DNA of 64,000 nucleotides, from positions 1,696,001 through 1,760,000 of the forward strand of contig OY729428.2 in NCBI GenBank assembly GCA_963422375.2, in the 5' to 3' direction. The notes beneath the pieces are model-generated. The model was not told where the DNA came from. It did no database searches and saw only the letters and a list, made by a program, of their open reading frames with translations. Position numbers and translations under genes: made by a program. Shown one piece after another: positions 1 to 9,898 of the stretch. The DNA comes from Bryobacterales bacterium. Lineage in GTDB: Bacteria; Acidobacteriota; Terriglobia; Bryobacterales; UBA6623. Position 1 is the stretch's first letter. Every line of letters starts with the position of its first letter.

Positions 1-445
1 GACGAGCTGCAGGCGGATCTGGCACGGGAGGCCCCGGCGCTGCGCAGCGCCGGGCGGGCGGAGCCCGCCAAGCTGCGCTACCGCGAGCGCTCGACGGTGG
101 AGCGTGTCAACGGCCGCCTGAAGGACGATTTCGGCGGGCGCCACGTGCGCGTCCGCGGCCGCGGCAAGGTGCTGTGCCACCTCCTGTTCGGCGTGCTCGC
201 GCTGACGGTCGAGCAGCTCCTGCGCCTGGCGCTCCGAGAGCCCGGGCCGCCGGGACAGCCGGGCAGAGCGCCCGCCCGCAGGGCCGGGCCGGGAGAGCTG
301 CGCCTGCACGGGGCCGCTCCCCGCAGGAGCGCCCCGCAGCCGAGCAAGCCCAGCTGAAGGGAGTCTTTTTCGGCGAGAATAACAGCCCGGAAACTAGTCG
401 TTCATGGGGCGGTCAGCCCTCTTTTCTGAATCTTGCAAAAGGCTC
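1..445 (+). mobile_element. 3' part and right end of an IS5/IS1182-like insertion sequence; transposase C-terminus ends at 357; runs off the window start
   Basis: YRERSTVERVNGRLKDDFGGRHVRVRG C-terminus is near-identical to the 14963-16219 transposase; terminal TTGCAAAAGGCTC (to 445) matches the TIR at 14875. Confidence 0.9.
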
Positions 446-539
446 GAATTATATGGGAATTATATATCTGAGTGCCGAGGGAATCAAGTCGGCAAATTAT
501 CAAGCCATTATAAGATTTCATATTTCTTCCGAATTTCCG

Positions 540-569
540 TTGACATTCTGTGGTGTTTCTTGGTAGAAT
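540..569 (+). promoter_or_regulatory. Sigma70-type promoter of the IS1595 transposase
   Basis: TTGACA (540-545), 18-nt spacer, TAGAAT (564-569) upstream of ATG 593. Confidence 0.6.
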
Positions 570-592
570 AGTTCCAGCAGGGGATGCCGTAA

Positions 593-1549
593 ATGAAGAA
601 ACCAGGTCCCGGAAAGTGGTTCCGTAAAGGCATCACATTGATCGAAGTGATCGCCATGTTCCGCGATGACGAATCCGCGGAAAAGTGGTTCGCCTCCATG
701 CGCTGGCCGGACGGTCCCGCGTGCCCCCACTGCCGCGGCTCCAGCGTGCAGTCCGACGCGGCCCACCCTTCGATGCCGTACCGTTGCCGCGGCTGCGGCA
801 AGCGCTTTTCGGTGCGCACCGGCAGCGTGATGGCCGACACCAAGCTCGGCTACCGCACCCGGGCCGTCGCCCTGTTCCTGCTGACCACCGGCCTCAAGGG
901 CGTCTCGAGCATGAAGCTGCACCGCGACCTAGGCGTCAGCCGGAAGTCGGCCCGGCGCCTGGCGCACCGCATCCGCGCGTGCCGGGAGCGGGATCGGGGC
1001 CTGTTCGCCGGCCCGGTGGAGGTGGACGAGACCTGCGTCGGCGGCAAGGAACGCAACCAGCACGAGAGCAAGAAGGCCCGCGCCGGGCGCGGGCCCGTCG
1101 GCAAGACCCCGGTGGCGGGGGCGCGGGACCGCGCCACGAACGCAGCGGCCGCGCGGCCGCTGCCGGGCACCGCCAAGGGCGACCTGCAGGGCTTCGCGCG
1201 CGGCCGCGTCGCGCCGGGGGCGCAGCTCCGCTCCGACGAGGCGGCGGCCTGCGCCGGCATGGCGGAGTTCCCGCACGAAGCCGTCAGGCACTCCGGCGGC
1301 GAGTACGTGCGCGGGGCAGCGCATACGAACGGCATCGAATCGTTCCGGTCCCTGTTCAAGCGCGGCCTGTACGGAACCTATCACCGGATGAGCGTCCGTC
1401 ATCTCGGCCGCTACCTCACGGAGTTCGCGGGACGGCGCAACGACCGCGACTGCGACACGGCGGAACGGATGCGGCGCATGGCGCGGGGCTTGGTCGGCCG
1501 GACGCTGACCTGCCGGCAGCTGACCGGCAAGGCCGCGGTCGCGGCCTGA
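593..1549 (+). CDS. IS1595-family transposase (Zn ribbon + DDE), possibly degenerate
   Basis: RWPDGPACPHC...YRCRGC Zn ribbon; VEVDET, SDE and HTNGIESF catalytic motifs. Confidence 0.92.
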   Translation: MKKPGPGKWFRKGITLIEVIAMFRDDESAEKWFASMRWPDGPACPHCRGSSVQSDAAHPSMPYRCRGCGKRFSVRTGSVMADTKLGYRTRAVALFLLTTGLKGVSSMKLHRDLGVSRKSARRLAHRIRACRERDRGLFAGPVEVDETCVGGKERNQHESKKARAGRGPVGKTPVAGARDRATNAAAARPLPGTAKGDLQGFARGRVAPGAQLRSDEAAACAGMAEFPHEAVRHSGGEYVRGAAHTNGIESFRSLFKRGLYGTYHRMSVRHLGRYLTEFAGRRNDRDCDTAERMRRMARGLVGRTLTCRQLTGKAAVAA

Positions 1550-1953
1550 GCGGCGCCCGCCGCGCTGGGCGCGGCAGCCCGCTGCGGGCGCGCGCTTCAC
1601 GCTCGGTACGAGGGGCGCAGCGGATCCGGAATGCCCCGGTGCGACCCCGGTCCGGCCCGGACCGTCCATGCAGGCCGTCGAGCGCCGGGGATCCGCTGTC
1701 TTCGGCCCTCGCAGGGCCTGCAAGGGGTGCCCTGCCACCGCCAACCGGGTTACACCGGGGCAACCGGGGCATGCGAGGCGGCTTCTCTAGTCCCTTCCTC
1801 GTCCAATCCGCTGGCAGGCTCGATTCAGATACGATCCCACCCCTCCGTGCCTGCCGCGGCCGCACTCGCATGACCCGAGCTCGACACCGACCTCCCTGCT
1901 CACAGCAGTTCTAGTCGGACATGGCGTTGTCGGCACTCAGATATATAATTCCC

Positions 1954-3154
1954 TAAAGTTGCGGTCGTGCCGCGCCAGGCAGTTGAAGCCCTCGTTCTCG
2001 ATCTTGCAGTGCGGCCGGCCGGCCGGCGCAATCCGCTCCGCGTTGTCCGTGGTGACCGCCCAACTGGTGAATAAGCAGTTGGTGCAGGTGCGTTTACCGC
2101 AGCGCTCGATGGCGTACTCGATCTAGGTGCCCTGCAGGGCGTCGCGGCCCTTGCGCAAGGGCACCGCGTCCGTTCAGCGGAGGCGGTGCCCCTCGGACCG
2201 CTTGCCCGGCCCGGGCCGCGGCAGCCAGCCGGTCGATCGCACTGCGCCGCTCGCCCGCTGGCTCTCCAGCACCTCGTACAAGCGCTGGTGGGATCCGGGC
2301 TTGCATTCCAGGATGTAGTCCATGCCGGCGGCCTCGCAGACCGGCTGGCAGCAGTACAGGTCGTCGCCCGGCAGGACGGGGTGGCAGGCCTGCAGCCAGG
2401 CGCCCTGAGCGGCGGTCCAGCGCTTGGCAGCGTTGCGCTCGCAGTCCTGCTTGCGCTCGTCCTCGCTCAGGTCGGCGCGGGTCGCGGCCGCGTCCTGCTA
2501 CGGGCGCACGAACTCGGGCATCGGCGGCAGAACGGTACCGTGGCCGTCGGCCACCGCGGCGGCCGCGACCATCGTCCGGAAGTACTGCTGCCGACGCTCG
2601 CTGCCGACGCGCCGCACCTAGCACTGCGGGCAATGCACCGTGCCGGAGCGGTGGAACGAGACGCGGTCCAGAGCCGCCGGCAGGCGTTCGTCGAGGCGCT
2701 GGAAGGGCTCGAGCGCGCCCTGCGCGGCCACGCTTTCTAGGCACAGCCGGAGCAGCGGGTTGAACGCGGCCGGGTCGAGGCGGTCGAGCAAGTTGCGGCT
2801 CCGGCTGTCGCAGGGGATGCGGCCCACGCCGACATGGGTCCGGCAGTTGGAGCGGGGGACGTCCCGCTCCATGCGCCGCTGGAACGCGAGGAACGACTCG
2901 CACTGGGTGAAGAAGCAGGCCGGGGCGCAACCGGCGGCGTCGCTGACCGCGTAGCGCGTGTTGCGGCCTGTGCCCCGGTCGGGCAGGCCGGCCGCCGTCC
3001 CGCGGAAGGCGCTCAGCAGCGGGTCCAAGACTTGCGGCATTCATCCTGACTGGCGATTTGCTAGGAAAAGTCAAGTGCCTGCCTGCGCTAACCTGCCTTC
3101 GACACCTTCTCAGACACTCTGGAAATCCCGAAATGTCCAAATCTAGAATCGCTG
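1954..3154 (-). pseudogene. ISNCY-type transposase pseudogene with left IS end; frameshifted and truncated by IS1595
   Basis: PDRGTGRNTRYAVSDAA..FFTQCESFLAFQRRME..IPCDSRSRNLLD (2618-3040); KIENEGFN near 1985-2005; left end CAGCGATTCTAGATTT ending at 3154. Confidence 0.75.
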
Positions 3155-3919
3155 CCGCCAAGGGGGACCGGCCCGCGCTGCGGGACACCCTGGCGGCTTG
3201 CGATCGGAGGCGCTTGGCGGAGCACGCGGAGGAGCGCCGGAGGCAAGGGCGTGAAGAGACCCGCCGCATCCGAGTGACGGAGTTGCTCGACGCGGAGGGC
3301 CGGTCGGCGGAGGGGCTGCCCGAGCGCGACCGCGAGGGGGTCGCCGGCCTGGACTTCTCCGGCCTGCGCGTTGCGGCGCAAGTGATCCGTGAGGTCACGG
3401 ACAGCAAGACCGGCTAGGCGGGCGAGCCGGTCACGGCCTGCCTGTTCACCGACATGGACCCGGCCGAGGCGAGCGGACCGCGCCTGACGGGGGCGGTTGA
3501 GAACGGGATTAACCGAGTCCGCGACGGTGCCGAGTACGCCGAGGACAGCTGCCGGGCGCGCAAGGGCACGCTCGCGACGGAGTCGGTGGCCAGTCGCAAC
3601 ACGGCGGTGTCGATGCTGCGCGACCTCGGGTTGGAGAACATCTCCAGAAAGGTGCGCGAGCTTGCGGCGAACGCCGGCCAAGGCCTTGGCATCATCCTGC
3701 CCCGAGCCCCGCTGCGACCGCTCGCGGACGCAGGCACTCTTGCGCCTGCCCGGTCACGCGGGGCATTTCGAGCCCTTCAAGCGCGCCCGCAAGACGTGTC
3801 GAATCCGTCTAGCACCCCGCGTCGCCTCCGTTCGACGCCTCTAGACCAACCGTTGTAACCGCGCACCCATTCTGCTCCGCATCTCGGGTCCCTCGGCGAC
3901 TCACTTCGGCGCACCCCTG
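3155..3919 (+). pseudogene. ISAs1-family transposase remnant (C-terminal half) with right end
   Basis: AKGDRPAL, GREETRRIRV, ENGINRVRD..YAEDSCRARKG..RNTAVSML; in-frame TAG at 3415-3417; end ...GGCGCACCCCTG is shared with 7668. Confidence 0.8.
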
Positions 3920-4024
3920 ACTGCACTCTTGGGAAGAACAAAGGCCTCCGTGATCATCTGAACCTAGTATCCGCGATCGGGTGCTTCGACGGACGCAGCC
4001 CCGTTGTTGTGCTACATTGTGGCG

Positions 4025-5209
4025 ATGGCATTAGGAGACAGCATTCGCAGGCTAGCTCGGGTGGTCGCAGCAGCGCAATTGCTCATTCTGCTGGGCGGTT
4101 CGGATATGCTTGCCGAAACACCGAACCACAAGGGCGATGTGATGAACGTCAGGGTCTTGCGTCGTGTCGAGCAGCACCCCCACGCTTGGCGTGTTTGGCA
4201 GCCGTTCATCATTCAAGGTGACCGTGAGCGTCATCTCATCGTGGCGTACGGTGCGATGGTCAACCGCAAGAAAGACATGGGTGACATTCTCGCCACGATT
4301 TCGCGGGACGACGGTGAAACTTGGTCGGAACCTGTCCCGATATTTAGTCACCGAGAGCGACAGGGTGCCGTCCAATTTGCGTACGCCAATCCTGTGCTTT
4401 ACCGCGCACCCGGACAGGATGTCATCTGGTGTTTTGCCATGCGCTGTCCCATTTCCTTTGAGAATAGCGAGGAATCCCAGCTTGTGGGTGCCTTTACAGC
4501 TGACGGTGGATGGAGCTGGACACAGGTCGAGCTGAACATGCGATACACCGGACCACTCATCACTAACGCGGGACTCGTGCAGACCGAGATCGACGGGCGG
4601 AAAGTGTTTCTGTTGCCAGCTCATCGCAACACGTTGCGGAACGATCCGCGGGGATCGCGCGACCACTTCATTCTCTCGAGTACAAGCCTGCTCGAGTGGA
4701 AACTCGAAGCGTATATCCCTCAGCCAACAACGGCTCGCGTCTTTCTCCATGAAGGCAACTTGGCCCCGAGCGATAAGCCTAGCGAACTCAAGATCGTGAT
4801 GCGCACCGCGGACTATGACAACTCCGCCCTGACCACGGATCCTCCGCGCGCCTATTCAAGTGTCAGCGCCGACGGCGGCCATACTTGGAGCGTTGCCAGT
4901 GAGGAGCCGGACTTGCACAACGCTAAGTCCAAGGCCTATTTCGGCCGGGCAACTGACGGGACGCACATCTACGTCTACAACGACGGTCCGGCCCAAAGTG
5001 AAGGTGGCCGCATGGCGCTGCGCTACAAGACAAAGGCTCCCGGCGGCACTTGGAGCGAACAAAAGACCTTCTACGACGCGGGCATCAAGAACTCATACCC
5101 GACACTGGTCGAGGTCACGTCAGGCGACTTCCGGGCGGTCTGGGACAGCGGAACTGCAACTAGGGCCCGTACGCACATCCACTTCGGCAAGCTCCGGCTA
5201 CAACCGTGA
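4025..5209 (+). CDS. Sialidase-family / BNR (Asp-box) repeat glycoside hydrolase, probably exported
   Basis: Asp-boxes SRDDGETWS, TADGGWSWT, SADGGHTWS; C-terminal SYPTLV; hydrophobic N-terminus; start uncertain (4004/4025/4106). Confidence 0.8.
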   Translation: MALGDSIRRLARVVAAAQLLILLGGSDMLAETPNHKGDVMNVRVLRRVEQHPHAWRVWQPFIIQGDRERHLIVAYGAMVNRKKDMGDILATISRDDGETWSEPVPIFSHRERQGAVQFAYANPVLYRAPGQDVIWCFAMRCPISFENSEESQLVGAFTADGGWSWTQVELNMRYTGPLITNAGLVQTEIDGRKVFLLPAHRNTLRNDPRGSRDHFILSSTSLLEWKLEAYIPQPTTARVFLHEGNLAPSDKPSELKIVMRTADYDNSALTTDPPRAYSSVSADGGHTWSVASEEPDLHNAKSKAYFGRATDGTHIYVYNDGPAQSEGGRMALRYKTKAPGGTWSEQKTFYDAGIKNSYPTLVEVTSGDFRAVWDSGTATRARTHIHFGKLRLQP

Positions 5210-5263
5210 CCCCGTCGAGCCGTCGTACTCTTGGGTCCTCGGGCCTCCGAGAGGACACTGACA

Positions 5264-5826
5264 CTAGTGTCCTGAATCAGAAACTCGCTGCCAGTAGATC
5301 CTGAGTGTTTCGAGGATTTTGTCGGCAGTCTTGGTCCACACGAACAGCTTCGGATTCTCGCTCCATGCCGCGAGGTACTCCTAGATTGCCTTCTCGAGGG
5401 CCCGCGTGCCGAGGCGGTTGCCACGGCGGATCTGCTGCTCCGTGACTTCGGCGAACCAGCGCTCGAGCAACTTGAGCCGCGAGGCGCTCGTCGGAGTTCA
5501 TTGGAAGTGGGGGCGCGGTCGGCGCGCCAGCCGGTTGCGGATCATCGTGTCTCGCGCGTGCTGCAGTTGCCCGGTACCGGATGGATGTCCAAGTCCGGCG
5601 GGACCGCCTTGTCGATCACGGCGAGGCACTTCTTGATCTCGACGACTCGATGCCTGCGGAAACGCTTGCCGATGACTTCGCCCGCGGCGATGTTCATGGC
5701 GGCGAATAGGGTCGCGACGCCGTTCCCTATGCAGTCGTCGGTCCGTCTCTCGGGCGTCCCCGGCCGGGTGCGGTCAAGCCCAAGGAGGGCATCTACTGGT
5801 CAAGAACATATGATTCAGGATACTGG
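5264..5826 (-). mobile_element. Internally deleted IS630-family element (transposase C-terminal fragment between inverted ends)
   Basis: Minus strand reads GVATLFAAMNIAAGEVIGKRFRRHR..., ERWFAEVT..IRRG and PKLFVWTKTADKILE; ends CTAGTGTCCTGAATC (5264) and GATTCAGGATACTGG (5812-5826) are imperfect inverted repeats. Confidence 0.8.
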
Positions 5827-5941
5827 CTGCTAAGGTCCTTGCCGTTACCTAAATCCAATCTGATGGCATTCCCGAAGCGATGGAATCCCCGACCATGGCA
5901 GATTTCCCTGGTCAATTGCGCGTCCGTCCATCTGCTGTACG

Positions 5942-7668
5942 TAGGGCGATTCCAAGGTCGTGGGCGCGTGGTGATTCGCGACTACTTGCCGCTAGGACTG
6001 GACATGTCGGCCTGATTCTGCGACAACCCGAGTAGTGCTCGCGAGCCCGGTGCAGCTAAGCAAGGTCTGGGTGCGCCCGTTGCGTCGAGACGAAGCGGAG
6101 CGTTGAGCCGCGTTGATGCGGACGCATCATTATCTCGCGTATCGCAAGATGTGCGGGGCCCAGCTGAAGCAGGTGGCCGGGCAGGGCGAGTGCTGGCCGG
6201 CCTTTCTCGGCTGGCCGGCCGCGGCTCCGCATTGCGGTCCCCGGGACCGCTGGATCGGCTCGAGCGCTCTGCGGCGGCTCGCGCGGCCGTGGCCGGTGGT
6301 GTCGAACACGCGCTTCCCGCCGCTCCCGGCGGCCGGGCGCACGCGCTGCCCGGCCTCGTGCATGCCGGGCCTGGCCCAGTGCCGCCCGGTCGACGACTGG
6401 CAGGCCGGCAACGGCTATCGCCCGCCGCTGGCGGAGACCTTCGTCGACGCCGCACGCTTCGCCGGCACCCGCTAGCGTGCGGCCAGCTGGACCGAGCTCG
6501 GAGCCACCCGGGGCGCGCGAGCAGTTCGCCGCGGAGCAACGGCGGGCGGAATAGCAGGGCCGGAGGAATCGCATGACTGTGGAAGCGTCGCAGATCGAGT
6601 CGCTGTGGGACCACTTGCGGCAAGACCCGGACTTCCGCCGCCGGCGCGGGGTGCGGTCACCGAGATCGCCGAGTTCGCCCCGCGTATGGAGCAGGACAAG
6701 CTGCGCACCGCGGGCGTGCGACGGATCAAGGAGGGGTACCGCCATCCGTCACGCAACACCGTCCGACGGGTGTTGCCGGGCGTGGAGGAGAGCCAACAGG
6801 AGTAGCAGCTGAATGCCTGGCTGAGCGCCCAGGGCGGCGCGGCTCATCGGGGCGAGGCGCTGGCTCTGGACGGCAAGCACCGGCTCGGCTCCTACGACCA
6901 CGACTGCGGGCCGGACGGCCAAGTGGGCTCGGAACCGGCGCGGCAGCAGCTGGCCGCGGTGGGCTTCGAGTCGAGGCAGGTCCATGCACAGCAAGGCTTT
7001 AACGGCAACAAGGACGACGCCGAGGGGCGCGCGCTCCGCGAGGTGCTCGTCAGGATGTACATCACAGGGCGCTGCATCGCGGCCGACGCGCTGCACGCCT
7101 ATGCCGGCACGGCGCTGCTGATTATCCGTCGCGGGGCCTTCTATCTCTTCACCGCGAAGGGGAATCAGCCCGCGCTGCTGGATAGCCTGGCAGGCTGTGA
7201 TCGGGGGTGCCAGGCGGAGCACGTGGAGGGGGAACGGGCGCGACGAAACCCGCCGCATCCGCGTGATGGAGTCGCTCGACGCGCAGGGCCGGCCGGCCGC
7301 GGGCCTGCCCGGCCGCGAGGCGGCCGCGGGCCTGGACTTCCTCGGCCTGCGCCTTGCGGCGCAAGTGATCCGCGAGGTCACGGACGGCACCACCGGCGAG
7401 GCGCGCGAGCTGGTCGCGAACGCCGACCGAGGCTTGGACATCATGCTGCCCCGAGCCCCGCTGCAATCGCTCGCGGACGCAGCCACTCTTGCGCCTGCCC
7501 GGTCACGCGGGGCGTTTCGGGACCTCCAAGCGTGGCCGCAAGATACGTCGAACCCGTCCACCACCCCGCGTCGCCTCCATTCGACGCCTCTAGACCGACC
7601 GTTGTCATCGGACACCCATTCTGCTCCGCATCTCGGTTCCTTCGGCGACCGACTTTGGCGCACCCCTG
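5942..7668 (+). mobile_element. Decayed ISAs1-family element whose transposase carries an N-terminal DUF4338-like domain; multiple frameshifts and stops
   Basis: HHYLAYRKMCGAQLKQVA...RDRWIG...VVSNTRF and ETFVD (6113-6475); IAADALHA, YLFTAKGNQPAL, ETRRIRV; imperfect ends TAGGGCGATTCCAAGGTCG / CGACTTTGGCGCACCCCTG. Confidence 0.78.
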
Positions 7669-8381
7669 GGCAGTGCCCGGCAGCGGCCGGGCCGCCACTT
7701 CGTTAGCGGCGCGATCCAGCGCGCCTGCCACGGGCGTCTTGCCGACGGGCCCGCGCCCGGCACGGGCCCCTCGTGCTTGTTGCGCTCCTTGCCGCCGACG
7801 CAGGTCTCGTCCACCTCCACCGGGCCGGCGAACAGGCCCCGATCCCGCTCCCGGCACGCGCGGATGCGGTGCGCCAGGTGCCGGGCCGACTTCCGGCTGA
7901 TGCCCGGGTCGCGGTGCAGCTTCATGCTCGAGACGCCCTTGATGCCGGTGGTCAGCAGGAACAGGGCGACGGCCCGGGTGCGGTAGCCGAGCTTGGTGTC
8001 GGCCATCACGCTGCCGGTGCGCACGGAAAAGCGCTTGCCGCAGCCGCGGCAACGGTACGGCATCGAAGGGTGGGCCGCGTCGGACTGCACGCTGGAGCCG
8101 CGGCAGCGGGGGCACGCGGGACCGTCCGGCCAGCGCATGGAGGCGAACCACTTTTCCGCGGATTTGTCATCGGGGAACATGGCGATCACTTCGATCAATG
8201 TGATGCCTTTACGGAACCACTTTCCGGGACCTGATTTCTTCATTTACGGTATCCCCTACTGGAACTATTCTACCAAGAAACACCACAGAATGTCAACGGA
8301 AATTCGGAAGAAATATGAAATCTTATAATGGCTTGATAATTTGCCGAAGTGATTCCCTCAGAACTCCGATATATAATTCCC
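7669..8381 (-). mobile_element. Truncated second IS1595 copy (left TIR plus 5' part of transposase), cut by the ISAs1 element
   Basis: ORF from 8243 is near-identical to 593..; degenerate TIR at 8358-8381; homology stops at 7669. Confidence 0.9.
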
Positions 8382-8399
8382 TTTCGAAGCCACTTCCCG

Positions 8400-8555
8400 G
8401 GGGATGTCTTCTTTATTGACAGCCTATATTAATGAATCTATTCCGCATATAATCTATTCCGACTGTCAACAGAACGTGGAAATGTATATGAAATCATTAG
8501 ATGGATTGATAAGTCGACCGAATCGCTTGCCTCGGCACTTCGATATATGATTCCC
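8400..8555 (-). mobile_element. Left-end remnant of a diverged IS1595-related element
   Basis: TCGGCACTTCGATATATGATTCCC (8532-8555) resembles the IS1595 TIR; adjacent TGTCAAC..TATGAAATC..TTGATAA aligns with 8290-8340. Confidence 0.65.
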
Positions 8556-8915
8556 TTCCGGATCGGGCCCGGATCCCCAGAGCCGCAGTCAAGAAAGTTG
8601 CTGGCGTGAGCCCGCTGGCCTGAGCCGTGCGGTGTCCCATGCCAGTGACCCAGCCAAGGTCCCTTCCTGGTCGAGCATGACAGGGGCGAACCGCGCACTG
8701 GTGGGAGTCGGCAGCGCCGGTCCATGATGCCGCCGGGGAAGACTGAGTCTGGCGTGCCGTGTGATCGAATCTTCCCGGGCCGGGCAATGCAGGGGTTGTG
8801 CCTTGGAGATGCGCGCTCGCAGCCGTTCCCGCGAACACCCGCTCGAAGCTACTCCGGACGAGGCGCTTGGAGGGTGGCCGTCCCCGCATCGCCCAGAGGG
8901 TCGGGCACCGGTTGG

Positions 8916-9818
8916 TCAAGACGGCGATATAGCTGCAAGCGAGGAGTCGACAGTAGTGTGCAGGAATTCGAAGCCGGCCCTCATGGCAGCCTTTGGTAGG
9001 ACGCGCTGCGAGGCTAGCAGCACCCCTGCAAACTCGCCCAGCGCAAGTCGCAGAGCGAACGCCGGCGCGGGGAAGACGGCCGGCCGCCTGACCGCTCGCC
9101 CTAGCGCGCGCGTGAATTCCCGGTTGCGGACCGGATTGGGTGCGGTGCCGTTGACCGGGCCGCTCAGATCCTCGTGCTCCGCGGCGAAGACGAACAGGCG
9201 GGCGAGATCATCAACGTCGATCCACGGCATCCACTGCTGCCCGTTGCCGAGCCGCCCGCCCGCCCCCAGCTTGAATAGCGGCCGCATCTTGGCAAGTGCG
9301 CCACCGTTGACTCCTAGGACGAGACCGATGCGGATCGTAACGACGCGAATGCCGAGTTCCTCGGCCGTCCGGGCCTCTGCTTCCCAGGCCCGGCATACGT
9401 CGGCGAGGAATCCGGTTGCAGGCGGGGCACTCTCGTCGAGCTCTTCATCCCCCTGCGAGCCGTACAAGCCCACTGCCGACGCGGAAACAAGCACCGGCGG
9501 GGGGGAGTCCAAGGGCCGCAAGGCAGCCACGAGATTCCTGGTGCCCAGCACGCGGCTGTCGCGGATGCGCGCCTTTTTGGCGGATGTCCAGCGGCCGTCC
9601 GCGACGGGCTCCCCGGCTAGGTGGAAAACCGCGTCGCAACCGTCGAACGCCTCGGGCGGGGGCTGCTCTTGGTCCGGAATCCACCGGAAGCATGCCGCCC
9701 CCGAGAGATACGCGGGAACCGCCTCTGGCCGGCGTGTCAGGACGTTCTGTGGCGGCACCCGGGCGCACAGGCGCTGGCCCACGAAGCCGGTGGCTCCCGT
9801 GACGAGCGGTTTGTTCAT
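8916..9818 (-). CDS. TIGR01777-family (YfcH/SDR39U1-like) NAD-dependent epimerase/oxidoreductase
   Basis: LVTGATGFVG, HLAGEPV..RWT, SASAVGLYG, GGRLGNGQQWMPWI, LLASQRVLP. Confidence 0.92.
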   Translation of the reverse strand: MNKPLVTGATGFVGQRLCARVPPQNVLTRRPEAVPAYLSGAACFRWIPDQEQPPPEAFDGCDAVFHLAGEPVADGRWTSAKKARIRDSRVLGTRNLVAALRPLDSPPPVLVSASAVGLYGSQGDEELDESAPPATGFLADVCRAWEAEARTAEELGIRVVTIRIGLVLGVNGGALAKMRPLFKLGAGGRLGNGQQWMPWIDVDDLARLFVFAAEHEDLSGPVNGTAPNPVRNREFTRALGRAVRRPAVFPAPAFALRLALGEFAGVLLASQRVLPKAAMRAGFEFLHTTVDSSLAAISPS

Positions 9819-9898
9819 GTGGCTCATGATAATGGGAGACGGGAGCAACCCGTCGCCGTCGCGGACTTGTTCTGGCTAGGCCGCGTTCCCTTTGTATC

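Larger units (their letters stand above)
455..1953 (+). mobile_element. IS1595-family insertion sequence, full length
   Basis: Perfect 24-bp TIRs GGGAATTATATATCTGAGTGCCGA (455-478) and its reverse complement (1930-1953) around the transposase. Confidence 0.93.

Noticed and set aside
6113..6475. Druantia defence system (DruA hit)
   Set aside because: The DUF4338 fragment lies inside ISAs1 ends and no DruE or other Dru genes are nearby
455..8381. Bona fide composite transposon bounded by IS1595 ends
   Set aside because: Flanks AATTATAT and TTTCGAAG show no target-site duplication
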